DNA from: Klebsormidium nitens
Taxonomy: Eukaryota > Plantae > Klebsormidiophyceae
Reading direction: 5' to 3'
DNA length: 64,000 nt
NCBI GenBank assembly: GCA_000708835.1
Contig: DF237361.1
Coordinates: forward strand, 1-64,000
How positions within the stretch are numbered: the first letter of the stretch is position 1; the number at the start of each line of letters is the position of its first letter. Below, piece by piece: positions 47,339 through 60,287 of the stretch. A program made the translations under genes and the position numbers. The notes under the pieces were generated by a model. The model saw only the letters and a list, made by a program, of their open reading frames with translations. It was not told where the DNA came from and made no database searches.

Positions 47339-50300
47339 ATGGACGCAGATATTGACCCCAGTTCCTTTGACCTTGTGGTGGTCGGCACGGGGCTCCCGGA
47401 GTCCATCATTGCAGGCGCTGCAGCGCAGGCGGGCAAGACCGTCCTCCACCTGGACCCAGCCGACAATTATGGTTCACACTGGGCCACCCTGCAACTGGAC
47501 ACGTTTGTGGAGTGGGCCAAGAGAGGCGGAGCAACGGCCCCTTTGAAATATGGGTCTGATGGGCCAGATTCTGGTAAGTTTCTAAAAGCTTCAGCCCTGG
47601 CATCAATCGATTTCATTCTCAACTGTAACGACGTTGTCCGCTTTGTCATATTCTTCATAGTTGCTTATTGAAATACTAGCAGCTGTGTGCACAACCTTGG
47701 TGCTAATCGGTGTCTACACCATCCTTCTGACACAACGTACACCGAGTTTCTCTAGGCGCAACCCTTGAACCCTTGGTTGCCAACCTTGACTTTGCAGGAA
47801 CGAATCCAACCCAAGCTCCCACAGCATCCGCCTGCCCTACAATGGAATCAGAACTAGAAGTTGTCCCTCTCGCTGCGTCTGCCCCAATCTTCAGCGACTT
47901 CGCTTTACAAGTGGGAGATGCAGCAACGCACTTGGCCAATTGCGTGCTGCCCCCTGGCGTTGAAGCTCCCAAAAAGTATGGGGTGGACCTCGCTGGGCCG
48001 CGGCTTGCTCTGGCGAGTGGGGCGGTCATTGACCTCTTGATCCAGTGTGGGGCGCACAACTACCTAGAGTTCAAGGTCAGCTGTCTCACTGATCCTTCAA
48101 CTTGAACAGCCCAGTCATCGTTTCACCCGGACAGCACGGGTAGTAAGCAAGATTGGGTACCTTGAAGTCCTCTCCTGGGAATCTTACAAGATTCTTATCA
48201 TTGAGCTTGGATCTTTGTTTGACTCCAAGTATGGGTTCAACATGCGATTTGTGCTGTATACTAAGGACGTCGCTCGTAGCTCAAGCCTAAGTATCGGAGG
48301 CCGCTGCTCTGCTGCAGGCTGTGGAAGGCAGCTTCACCTGGCGCAACGGCCAGCTAGAGCCCGTCCCTTCTTCTCGTGCGGACGTGTTCAAGAGCCGCTC
48401 GCTGAGCCTGGTTGAGAAGCGGCACCTCACCAAGTTCTTCAAACTAGTGACTGAGAGCAACATCGAGAGGGATCCCTCTGACGGCGGGGATAGTGTGTCT
48501 GAAGAGGACCTGGACATGGCTTTTGGGGCCCTCCTGACCAAGCACAACCTGCCGCCGTCTATCAGACAGTACGTTTGCGCTCCTGCAAATAATGAACGAT
48601 TTGAATAATTTTGAATGATATCAGCGACCGCGGGTTTCAAGTAGTGCGTGCGCTTGAACAAACAGAGCTTTAGGACCTGCACTGTTCTGTCATCTGAGCA
48701 CCCTCCTTTGGACATTTCGTTGGCACATCCGATGATTGTACATTACTGTTGGTGCTCTTCTGTGAGTATCAGAACATGTCTGTATCTTGTCTTCTTCCAG
48801 TCACTCTGCCGCCTCCATCTATGTGTTTCACGTTGTCGCAGGTCCCTGCTGTACTCTGTTGCCTTGCTCACCCACGACCAGGACAGTGGCCCCGCTGTTA
48901 CTGCCCGGGAGGGCCTGCGTGCCATCACAGCCTACCTGCACTCCGTTGGAAGGCAAGCGTCTCTTGCTGGTCGCTCAACCAGTTCCTAGCCCTTGGTTCG
49001 AAATACCACCTGACAATCTATGCGGCCATGCATTTCTTTGCGTTTTCTGGGAGTCACCGTCCTCACCAAAGCATTTGGGTCCGTCCTCTTCGTCAAGCCA
49101 AATGGACTCAAGCTTGCTCGTCTTGTTTCTCTTTCACGATTCGAGCACTCCTCTTTCCAGGCTGACGAGTTGTCTTCGTCTGCCCACAGGTTCGGTCCTG
49201 GCGTTGGCGCCTTCCTGTATCCCCTGTACGGAAGCGGAGAGCTGCCCCAGGCCTTTTGCCGCATTGCTGCCGTCAAGGGCGCCCTCTACGTGCTGCGGCG
49301 GGGCGTGCGCGCCCTTCTGCTCGACAAGGCCTCGCGCCGCCTCCGAGGCGTTGTCACGACCACCGGGCAATCGCTCCGCACGTCCAAACTCGTCTCAGGG
49401 CCTGGGCTTCTCGAATCGCTCCCAAAAGCAGAGACGCAAGCTGAGTCTCTCGGGACCATTCCCTTGGAACTATATAACGGTACGACGACGCCCTCAGAAG
49501 AGCGCTTCATCGCCCGCTTCGTTTGTATAACGGATACGCCCCTGACGCCCGGCCAGTCAAACATCCTCGTCACCTTTCCGTCCGGGTCGCTGTCCATGGC
49601 GCTGCCGGCGCATCCCGTGCGCGTTTTCCAGGCTGGGGAGAGTGCAGCCGTCGCTCCAGCGGGGCGCTTTTTGGTACAAGTTTCGACAATTGGATCGGAG
49701 GGCCGCTCTGCTAGGGAGGACTTGCAACCCGTGGCCGAGGCCCTGTTCGAGACGAGAGGAGACGCGGACGAGGAAAGCGGACAGGGGGAAGAGGCCAGTA
49801 ACAGGGCCTTGGAAGCAACTGATGAACAGGGAGCTTCGCGGGGGACCCGTGAGGCCGGAGGCGTTGGGGAACGGATTGAGCAAACGGGTAGCGATACGGC
49901 GGGGAATGGGGGAAGGCCTGCGGAGGAGAACGGGTCCTTCTCTTCAGGCTTAGGAGCAGCTTCTCCGGAGCCCAATTCTGGACCGACCCCTTCCCCCTTC
50001 AACGCGGATGTGCCGGGAAGCGGGGTCGCAGCCGAAGCGGGCATTTCCGGAACGGATGGGCAGCAAGTCCGGACGGTAGACGGTGCAAATTCGGACGGTG
50101 CTGCTGCTCAAACGTCCGAATTTCGGAAGCCCAGGCTGCTCTGGTGTGTGTACTTCAAGCAGAGAGTTGCGGCGGGGCAAGAGGTGAGGGGCGCGACGGA
50201 GTGCTTCATAACTGTCTCGTCTCTGGTTGAGACATTTGGATGCATTTGTTCTTCAGAAGATTGCCTGGACCTCGTCGAGAATCTTTTGAGGGCAGGCCTT

Positions 50301-51080
50301 CGCAATCTAGAGCGTTGTTAGGTAGGAGAATAGACAGACATACACACTATCCGTTATCAATCCACGAGAACCTGAACTGGCGTTTCGGAATGTCAGAGGA
50401 TCGGAAGTGGCACCTCTTCTTTCAAACTGTACAGTATGGGACCAAGGACAGACTTTGCGTTTAAGAGTCCCACAGTCCGGGCTTTTCCACGACGTCGTGA
50501 AAGATGGCGAGCAGTTTCCCTGTCAGCATCCATGCTTGAAAAGGACAGGTCTTCTCTTCTTACGCAGCTAGCGGAAGGGGACATCTACGTATGCGGCTCA
50601 CCTGACGAAAGCCTCACGTATGGACACGTGGCGGAGGAGGCGGAAACGGTGAGCGCCAAACGAAGCGGAAGGAGTCTCTGCTACGCTGCCAGACGACCTT
50701 GAGTGCGCAACGTTCTTCTCTACTCATCAAGTCAAAGGCGGCCGGCTTGAAAGGAACGTGGCAATAATGAAACTCAACCTCCAAATAAGATTCTTCCAAG
50801 GACCCCTGGTCAAACGTGCTCGTCAGCCCCGGTTTTGCTACGAGAGCAGCGCCTCTTTCGACTTGGAGCTGCGCTTGTACTTAGTATGGCAAATTCCAAT
50901 CTTCATCTGGAACCGCTGTCCTTACACGCTTTTCAGGAGTATCTGCGGCGTCTTCTTTTGGCTGATGGGTGTTCCTCCTTCCCCCAGGCTTTTAAGCGGC
51001 TGTTCCCAGACCTACCGTACTACCCTCCTCAAGCTCCGGAGCCGGAAGAAGCGCCCGACGAAGACGAGGCCGCGGAGTGA
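47339..51080 (+). CDS. REP: Rab escort protein (REP/CHM; GDI superfamily), ~680 aa
   Basis: Exons 47339-47573, 47798-48075, 48318-48568, 48842-48952, 49190-50183, 50568-50648, 50988-51080. FDLVVVGTGLPESIIAGAAAQAGKTVLHLD, YGSHWATL, GAHNYLEFK, VPSSRADVFKS..LVEKRHL, FLYPLYGSGELPQAFCRIAAVKGALYVLR. Intron 4 has a GC donor. Confidence 0.93.
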
Positions 51081-51146
51081 CGGAGCTGGAGGCACGGCTC
51101 TGGCCTGCCACATGACTAGTGCATCTTGCATAACGGGCAGGATGTG

Positions 51147-51188
51147 GAATAAGCACGCATTCTCACTTGAATAAGCACGCATTCTCAC
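51147..51188. repeat. 20-bp direct duplication (period 22) in REP 3' region
   Basis: gaataagcacgcattctcac at 51147-51166 and 51169-51188. Confidence 0.85.
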
Positions 51189-51589
51189 GCAGCTTCGTCT
51201 CTCCTTTGAGGAAGACATCCGGTGAGGAGTTTGAGCGCAAAAAAGGGGTCGGTGATGTATGCGTACCGCACATGTTGCAAGCAACCGTGCATTTAAGGCG
51301 AAGACTCATGACAGCGGAGTGATGCATGTCGGAAATATAGTTGAGGATATGCAAAGCACCCCAAACGCCGTGTATGGCAATTAAGATTGCTACATTAGTG
51401 GCTCTGGCAGTCTGGTCTATATTCTGATGTACTTAGTACTCAACCACCTTGAAATCATTTACCCCAATTTCAATTGGTGTCTGGATCCTGCACACGTGCC
51501 AGGCGGGCCATGCGCGCTGCATCCTTAAGGAACCGTCCCTTCCCTCCCTCCTTGATACCTGCCACGCTAGCGCGAGCACGCGTGCGCAT

Positions 51590-51621
51590 GTAATGATTGT
51601 CGTGCACTGGACAATCATTAC
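51590..51621. repeat. Perfect 12-bp inverted repeat with 8-nt loop
   Basis: gtaatgattgtc-gtgcactg-gacaatcattac in the REP/PARN convergent spacer. Confidence 0.85.
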
Positions 51622-51931
51622 GGGCATGAGCCCCAATGTGCCACGCTGCCGGCTGGCCAGGCATGCATGTCCGTCAATTCCAATCTAGTTCAGTGACGTC
51701 CGCCCGTGGGTATAGGTGGGCCATACTAGGCCTCAATACAAATCCTGTCATGGTCCGACTGTGGTGAACAGAGCTGCTTATCGATATCAATAACGGTTTC
51801 GATCACGTCTGGCATGACATCCTGACTTTAAGCGTCAGGGGTTCACATGCAGTACTGCTCACTTTTCTGTGGTGATCATCGCTATCCTGTAGCGGGCACG
51901 GTAAGATGCATGAGGTGCAATGGCAACCTCG

Positions 51932-54900
51932 TTATGACGATGTTCGCGAGAATACACCATACAAAGGGTTCGACTGTGTTGCGACCTGCTTCTCTTTCAA
52001 GCCTTTCCTTTTCTCCTTTCTCTGCCCCGACGTTGCATCCGGTTGCAACTGCGTTTCATCTTGCTCCTTTCTCGTGGTTCCGCTCTCTTCCTCTGATTGC
52101 ACCTCGGGTCTCAATCGCGTTCTAACTTCCTCCACTCCCGTGGTCTCGCGGTCCTTCTTTCTTCCCACCATCAAGTTCACCTCGCTTTTCAACTGCAATC
52201 CATCATTTGTGCCCCCGCTTGTGTCCCTTCTCCACACACGCCTCGTGTCAGGTGTCGACCGCTTGTCAACCTGCTCCCCTCCACCAGTTTCGCTCGGGTC
52301 GTCCCGCGACGCCCACTTTCCCTTCACTCGCCGCGCCGACCGGGGATCCACGCCCGCCTGCTCCCTCCTCAGCAGCGGCTTCGCCGGGTCCAGGCCCAGC
52401 CACGTGGCAGCCTGCGTGAAGGTGGGCGCCGTGATCCCGGACTGGCACACCTCCGCAAACGTGCCGTACGTCTCCACTTTGGCGACCACCTCCCGCCCCG
52501 GTTCCAACTCCAGCGTCGCTCGCCCGCCGCAGCCCAGCTGACCCTGCAATCTCAGGGCCGCCTCCCAGTACGCATCCGCCAATTCAACGCTCGGAAATTG
52601 CACGAGCGCCGCGCGCGCGTCGAGGCGGCCGATCTTGTGGCCCGCCTGCCCCTGCTCCGCCGCGATCGCGTCGCGGATCTGCTCGTCCGAGAGCGTGTCC
52701 GGAAACGCCCACAGGAGCAGGACGTCCGGGCGGTGCTGGGCCCACTTGCCGCGGTGCATGGCGTCGTGCTCGGCGCGGCACGCGCGCACGTGGCCGTTCC
52801 GCAGCAGGCTGAAGGACGCGCGCGTGTTGTGGATCATACCAGCGTACAGCAAGTTGGCGGTCCTGGGGGAAGACGCGGGATGATGATTGGGCCAGGACTT
52901 GTGAGCTGCAGGATTAGTAAGCTAACCACCCCAGAATCTGTGGGGTTGGTTTGAGGGTTTCAGGTGGGTCCGGTTGTGAGGCAGATTCATCTTGGAAATG
53001 GGCTTTAGCGTTTGCTAGCAGCCTTCAATACTGAGGCTCACTGTTGCTAGGATCCGGCCTTCTTACAGGCGGCAGCGAGATGGGCTGGAATGAACAATAA
53101 CAAAAGCGATGCAGGCGCAAGGATGACCGGCCCCGGAAGACAACGTCGGAAGTCACTGCCAAACCAGATACAAAAACGTACAACGATTGCGAAGCCGGCT
53201 TGAGAGTAAGGCAATGCTGCAGCTTCGAGCAGCCCGCCGATGATCCCTTTCTGCGGCGAGGATGGTGATGATGATGATGGAAAAAACAAAAGAAAAAAAA
53301 GGAAAGAGAAAAAAAGATGGTCTGAGCCTCGGGCCCGGTGGGCTCACGCGGCAAGCTGCTTCAGCGGCTCCGTCGCGTCCCGTCCTTTCCCGGATCTTCC
53401 GGAGCCGTCCTCCGCGTTCTGTCGCGGCGCCCACATACTGTGCCGCCCTTGGGTCAGTTCGGGCAGGCGGCGCAGCTCGCCGGGCTCGACGCCCCGCCGC
53501 TTGGCCAGCCGCGCAAACAGCAGGCCCGCGGCGAACGCGTCCAAACCGCCGTCGTGCTTCGCGGTGCCCGAACGCATAGCCGGGGACGGCAGGTCGGGCA
53601 GGCTGAACAAGGGGACGTCACGTAACGTCAGCGAGAAATGAACAGCTTGCAAGGATTGGGGAAGGAGTCGAGCTCACTTGACGACTGCAGAATGTGTGAT
53701 CGCATCAGTATCAGATGTTAGGAAAGCCCTGCTTGCCAGCTGTACTGGCGGTATCAACCGTGAACGACAGAAGTCCAAGCGGCCATCCTGGAAAGAACAA
53801 CTGCTCGTGACACGATATCGTTCGCGTCAGAAGAAAAGCGCAGTACGTGATCAGGTTCAGGCGCAGACGAAGCAGCTCACTTTTCAAAGCCTTTCGCTTT
53901 CTTGACCGGTACGTCGTAGTCGTTGGTCCGCTTGAACAGGTGGTACAGGCTGGTGAACTTGCCCCAGCCGTCGGCCATGCCGTCGCTGAACACCATGTGC
54001 TTGGTGTCGAAGAGGGCCGGGAACCGGGAGCGCACTTCCGCGGAGAACTCTGGCGGGGTGGGCGGCACGCCGGGACCGAACTTATCCAAAATGTGCATCA
54101 GATCTGCGCGGGAATTGGAAGCAGAGGTCACCCCGAGCAACGCCGCCCGATGGTGGTTTGGCTAGCGCTCTTCGGTACGGCAATCTGAAAGCATTTGTAT
54201 CATGCGCTTGTCGAAGCTTCTGAGTGCGAAGCGAAGCGTCTGTTTTCTGGAACCGCACCGACTAAGACTTTCCTCTACCTCTCACGCAGTGCTTTGTCGC
54301 CAGGCCGCTGAAGGACACCCCACAGACTCGCAGCGATCGACGAGGGCACACTGATGCTGAACAAGAAGCGCCTTCACACTTTCACTGCGACTGCGTTTAC
54401 CCCCTTACCGTTTCACCCTTTCCTCTAGCTCTCCTGCGCTTCTTGGTCACCAGGCGGCTTACGCAAGCCCGCAGGTTCACAGCAATAGCTCAAGACACAC
54501 TGGTGTTGCTCTCTCAAATCATTGCAAGTGCGCGCCTCGCCTCACCAAGCATGCAGTTATGGCCCACAAGGAAGGCGGGCCCCCCTGCCAGCTCCTCGAC
54601 GACCCGCTTGAACCCGGCGTTTTTGTCTATGTACGCCTGGGTCTGCGCCTCGATCTCTGTTCGCAGCCGCGCTTCCTGTGCGGTTTTCTCTTCTTCGCTC
54701 TCCGCGTATACAATCTCCAGCGTGCATCTCAACTTGGCTTCCGTGCCGGCCCCCATCTCGTAGGTGTGCGCGGCGGCATCGTTCAAAGTGACCGGCACTA
54801 CCATCGGGAAGAGACGGCGCAGGGCCTGGGTGGGGCAGAAGCATCCAAGAAGTCAGTTTGCGGGCTTTGTGCCTTAGTTAGCATGAGGACGGGGAGGCTT

Positions 54901-56706
54901 TTCTGCAATTGCCTTTCTAATAGCTTTGAGCAGGTGGAAGATTGAGAGCTCGCCTTGATTGCCGTCTCACGGATAATGTGCCAGTGACTATAGATTGAAG
55001 AATTGGCCGCAGTAAAGTTACTGAAAAAAAGCAAACGAGAGCCAGACTCAAACTCCACATTTCGGGGTATCAAGCTACCATGCCGTGAGCAGCATCGAAG
55101 TATCACAGCTGCGCGCCGAAAGCAGGCTCTTCCTCACCTCAACAATCACTCGCCTTTGCAGCAGGGTCAAGGAGGGTAACCGAAGTCTCGATGAAGGCGC
55201 CTCTTCATGCGTTGAAGCAGCAAGGATCGCGCCATGCCATTCTGAGATCTGATGAACCATCTTTTCGATGGAGATGGTGTCCTCGGGGGACAGATCACCG
55301 TACTCGTGGTCCCGGAAAGAGGCCGCCTCCCGCAGCTTCCGATCCAGGTGCAGCTCCTTAAAGGAGCGCTCCCCATCGTCGGACAGATACGGAATGCCTG
55401 CGCAAGGCAACAATCAGGCTTAAGCATGAGATGATGCAAACTAACAGTGACGAACCTACTTCATTTTCAAGCACATCAGAATTTGGAATGAAGGTGATAA
55501 TGCAAAGCCACTAGTGGGGGTTCCATTAATGGAGTTGCAAAGATGAGCTATTCAAAACTTTTGCTGCACCTCGACCCCGCACATTGAGATGGCCTAAGAA
55601 AAATCTGAAGGCCTGGGAAAAGCAGAAAGAGCACAACATTGCGCCTCACCATTGTTCAACGATTCTGTCATCTCGATCCTGTTGAGCAACAGGAACTTCA
55701 AGGAGGCCGCCTCGCAGTAGAACGAGGGGGTGTTCTTGACAGGGGGGCTGATCAGGAAGTTGAATGGAGACACCTCAAAGCGGCCCTTGCCTGGCTCCCA
55801 CCGGAAGGGACACAGGCCAACTTGCAACACCACAAAGTTGGCGGCGCTCTGCTTCCTCTTGGCGTAGATCGTGTCCTTGTTGTCAAACTCGCCCATCTGC
55901 TGCCACGGCGCGGCGTTGATACCCGTGTATTCAAGGTCAAAGGCGACAAAGTCCGCTTCTCGGATTGCCTGAAAGACTCTCGGCAAGCTGTCCTGGAACG
56001 TGTGGCCCCGTATGCGCGTGTAATCAAGTAGCCCTCTAGGTTTCGATCTCGCCCCACCCGGCGACTGCCTCTTCTGCTTCGGAGCCGCCAGTCCCAAACC
56101 TGCTGCTCCGGTGTCTGCACCACCACTGGTCCCTGAGCTTTGCATGCTGCCAGTCTCAGGCGGCGTGTCAGAGGCCTTTTCGGCGTCCTGGCTGACTCCA
56201 TCGCTTGTGACCGCTTCTGGAAAGTTGTCTTGAGCGATGGATGTGGTGGTGCTGGGCTCGACCGGTGCTACATCGTTGCTGCTGATGCTGCTACATGACC
56301 TGACCGGAGCCCATGGCGGTTCTCTCAAGAAAAGGTGACTCTTCCCAACCCAGGGCGCAGCAACGCAGGCTCGTAAGGAGCTCGGGGCCACAGATTTCTG
56401 AGGCGTCAGCGATTTCTCTTTGTGTGGGACTGCAGGCACAGCTAAGTGGTGGTAGTGTCGTCCATGTGACCTCCCTGCGCGAAATGCAGCTTTCAAAGAG
56501 GCCGCGTCCACAACAGCTTGGTGGGCAAATGAAAGTGCGCCTAAAGGCACTTGCTGCACCCGACCATCAGAAGCCCTTTTGAGGTTGGTTGCCACCGACT
56601 GGATGCGGTTCTTGTTTCGTCCAATGGGTGCGAATGTTTGGAAAGCTCTCCGGTTGAGAAGAAGGTTCAAGGTCGCTGATGCGCGAACAGCACTATACGA
56701 AAGCAT
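51932..56706 (-). CDS. PARN: Poly(A)-specific ribonuclease (PARN/AHG2-like, CAF1 family DEDDh), ~1001 aa, probably mitochondrial
   Basis: Exons 56706-55650, 55397-55138, 54825-54546, 54103-53881, 53602-53348, 52862-51932. FVAFDLEYTG, QSAANFVVLQVGLCPFRW, GIPYLS, LVGHNCMLDLMH, LFDTKHM, KHDGGLDAFAAG, and an RRM-like segment VLLLWAFPD..RLDARAALVQF. Confidence 0.9.
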
Positions 56707-57344
56707 GCCTCCCGGGGCGCAAAATCAGAACGCTAGCATCCCCTCTTCTGGTGGCCGCAGTTACCTGACAATTCAGGGACTCACCTACCGTGCTAGCCCA
56801 TCTGACACTTTAAGTTTAACTGAGGACAGCTCCAATCCTAAGCTAGGCGCAGGAGGCGAGGAACCTCGGTGGCAAAATGTGGAACTAGATTCAGAGCCCA
56901 ATGGCTCTGGTTCATACTCCGGGTTTCTCGGCGACAACTGTAGCCAGTAGGACGTAGGCACCCGTCAAATTCACCAGGTGTCGGGGATCCCCCAGGCTCA
57001 GAATGGGAGAGTCAGGACTCAGAAGCTAGAAGCTCTCGAGTCTTCACCCCTTCTTCACAAGGAGGATTCAGGGCAAACTCAGCGGCTAAAAGATGGAGGA
57101 AGATTGAGAAGGAAGAAGGACGGTCTAGGTTTCTTCTGCTAGGTGCTCTCCTGTACTAGAAGCTGGGATCAGCTCTTGAGTAGTAGCTTAATTGGCCAAA
57201 TTGGGGAGGATCCACTAGCTGCGCTTTGTGGCATTGACGTGGCGCCAACATCGTCAACGCCAATCTCTTTCCTTAATCAACTGGATCTGGCTCGCAGTTT
57301 GTCATGAAGCGCAATCGCGGCAGGTGGATCAGAGGCCAGTGAAA

Positions 57345-59565
57345 ATGATCAAAGCGGTCCTAATTATCAACAATGTTGGGAAGCCGCGCCTGACAAAGTT
57401 CTATGAGCCAGTAGTAAGTCATTCTTGCGACTTTTAAGAAGCAAAATTGAATCTGTTGCTGGGGTTCATGTGGAATCTTGCCTGCTTGAATGATATCTCC
57501 GTTTCCATAAGTTGCTCCTATCAAATGTGTTATCTGTTTCCTATGTGGCAATATAAGATGAGAGCTCTCAGCAGCAGGACATGGTTGCGAGCAGTGCTTG
57601 CATTGGCCATTGCATCAGGGTTCGTGTCAGCATTGGCAACCTCCAGAGCGATTATCAGCACCTGCCCCTCTGACGAATTGTCGTCTCTGGGTCCGCTCAA
57701 GCATTGACCGTGAAGGGTGGTCAGGCCCTTCATGGGTCCGCTCAAGCATGTCACTCGCTTCAAGAGCAGGTGCAGGATTACGGTTCAATCGGTTTCAAAA
57801 GGGACTGTGTGTAAGTGATACGCTCTTAAAGTGTGCAGGTTCCTGAGAAGCAGCGTGAACTCATTCGCACAACCTACTCGATCCTTTCAAAGAGGGCGGA
57901 TAATCTGTGCAGCTTTGTTGAAGATGAGAGCGCTTTTGGCAAGGTGAGCGCAGCACTGCAAAGAGGGCACTCCCAGAGGATATTAATGGCAGCTCTTGAG
58001 AGGCTTGGTCAAGACAGGAGACAGTACATGCTGCTCGCATGTTTAGGTTGCAAGTCTTTTGTAATGATCCAGAAGATATGACCTTGGCGCACAGCAGCTA
58101 AACACAGCGATGAAATTCAAGCAGGTGATTCAGGAGAATTGATGACCATGCAAGGTGCTGGAGCATTCAGCCCCTCAAAAGCCTAGACCTCTGAACTATG
58201 CAGGGAACGAAGGTGGTGTACCGTCACTATGCCACACTCTACTTTGTGTTCATTGTTGACAACACGGAGAGCGAGCTAGGCATCTTGGACCTCATCCAAG
58301 GTGAGTGAATACAAATCTGGAGCCCTCACAAAAAGCGACCTCTTCTGTCCTGCTCTTCCACCTTAATATTCAAACTGATTGAGTCTGCTCTTGGATCAAG
58401 ATCTGCTCATTTCTGCCTGGCAACATTCAAAAATGAGAGGTCCTTGCTGTGTTGCTGGTTCCAAACAGCCAGGGTTGCATTCTGCTTGTTCTTTGCTGTC
58501 GGTTTACACTAGTTTATAGCCTTCGGCAGGTCACCCGTCCGCGCGAACCTTTAGGCCCAAAATTCTTGAAATGAACAATCCTCATAAGCATCTTTCAAGA
58601 TTCCTCGCAAATAAGTATACGGATATCTGACCGCTTCCACTCATAAGCCAACAGGAACTGCTCGGCTTGCTTGCCGCTTGCCACAAGCATTTTAATGACG
58701 AGGCATCTTCCACTCCAATCTTGAACTTTTAAATGCTGCCTCAAAGTTTCCCTATTGACCAGAGTGGGGGCAAGAAGAAGCTTTATATGGCTCCTATCAA
58801 CAGCAGGGTAAAAGACGATTTCATAAGGCTCCAGTTTACCGCAAGGCAAAAGAAAGCTTTTGAATGCCGCCCTCTCTCTATGCAGTATTCGTGGAGACAC
58901 TCGACCGCGTGTTCCAGCACGTGTGCGAATTAGATCTGGTGCACAATTTCCCGCGCGCTAATGCCGTGCTGGACGAGATCGTGATGGGCGGCCAGGTGCT
59001 CGAGACCAACAGCGCCGATGTGGTCAAGGCACTCAGCGACATGCAAAAGTGAGGCCCTAGATCATCTTCAAAACAAACGAAATTCATCAGGCGAAGTACA
59101 TAGTCTATGCACAGAAGAAGAGGGGCGCGCTTGCTTGCATGTACATGGTCTGCGTTTTCGTCTTTTTCGAAAGCAGGGTCTTCTGTCTTTGTAAGGTGTC
59201 GTGTCTTTGCTTGAATGTGGCGTCTTAAACCTGACGTGTGAAATCAAGGGTTGTTCCTCAACAACCAGGCGTCCTTGAGATGAGGCTGACTTGTGAAGGA
59301 TGAGGACTGCTGGATTGATATCTCGAACGAATCCATGATTGATCCATCCTAGCTCGTACCTTTTGTGCAAGGGCGCCGTTTGGATCCGTCAACTACCCTT
59401 TCTGGGGTGATGTGAATATCTGCCGGCATTCAGTTACCGTTATATCTCCTCTGGCACAGCAAACTTCAAATCGATCTTGAAAAGACGGTCGTTCTTATTG
59501 AATGCAGGTTGGATAGGCAGCCGAGTGTGACCACCATCCGAGCACCCGGTGCTTTGCGAAGTTAA
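57345..59565 (+). CDS. AP3S: AP-3 adaptor complex sigma subunit, 163 aa
   Basis: Exons 57345-57413, 57839-57943, 58204-58300, 58886-59048, 59508-59565. MIKAVLIINNVGKPRLTKFY, VVYRHYATLYFVF, SELGILDLIQVFVETLDRVF, VCELDL, LDEIVMGGQVLETN (the GGQ/MVLETN tail is AP-3 type). Confidence 0.94.
57689..57749. repeat. 16-bp direct repeats flanking a 29-nt hairpin-forming insert in AP3S intron 1
   Basis: gggtccgctcaagcat at 57689-57704 and 57734-57749; the spacer contains tgaaggg...cccttca. Confidence 0.8.
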
Positions 59566-60287
59566 GTGAGTTCCAGAAACGTACCAAGTTCAGAGATTGG
59601 TAATTTCAGCCCTGCTCATCAAGTGCAGCTAGCAGCCCGCAAGACCATGTTTGACGCAATAATGGTCAAGCCGGGGTTTACAACGATGCATCGATGCAAC
59701 GACGATCGATGCCATGGCCAGTCCAAAAAAATTGAACATGTTCATACCTGACAATTGCTTGACGACACTTTATCACCGGTACCGTCATGAATAGAAATTG
59801 CCCGGCAATATAGAATCGACCATCGGTGTGATTTCAAGGTTTTCTGCAGCAGCTAGGATCGCTGGGTTATAGTCGGTCATGAAGAGCTTCTTGTTTGCAA
59901 AGGACATATACATATGCGTAATATATCGGATCGAATTTCTTTATACTCGTGTACAGAATCTTCATCCAGACATGCGCGTGAGGAAGCATGTGAACATGGA
60001 CGGCTGGGCATGCACTTGCACAACAGCTTTTCAACCCGTGCATGTGACATGCTGATTTTTGGAAAGTGGCTTATAATCTGGATGAGAGTAATTCGATTAA
60101 GAAGTGGGCGTACACCCGCATAATCGCATGTATCTCCAACACCAGTTCTTTCAGGATTGGGAACTCTTAGACAAAAGCATGCCGCGCTCCGAAGAGGTCT
60201 GACTTTGCAACGCAGCAAGGACAAGCGCCAATCGCTCGCTTACTTAAAATGGACAGCAAGTTCTGCATAAATGTGACACTGTCGTAC

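Noticed and set aside
53262-53326. GTGATGA...CTGA resembling a C/D box snoRNA
   Set aside because: It is a (GAT)n microsatellite plus A-rich tract, antisense to the host PARN intron, with no terminal stem or guide complementarity seen.
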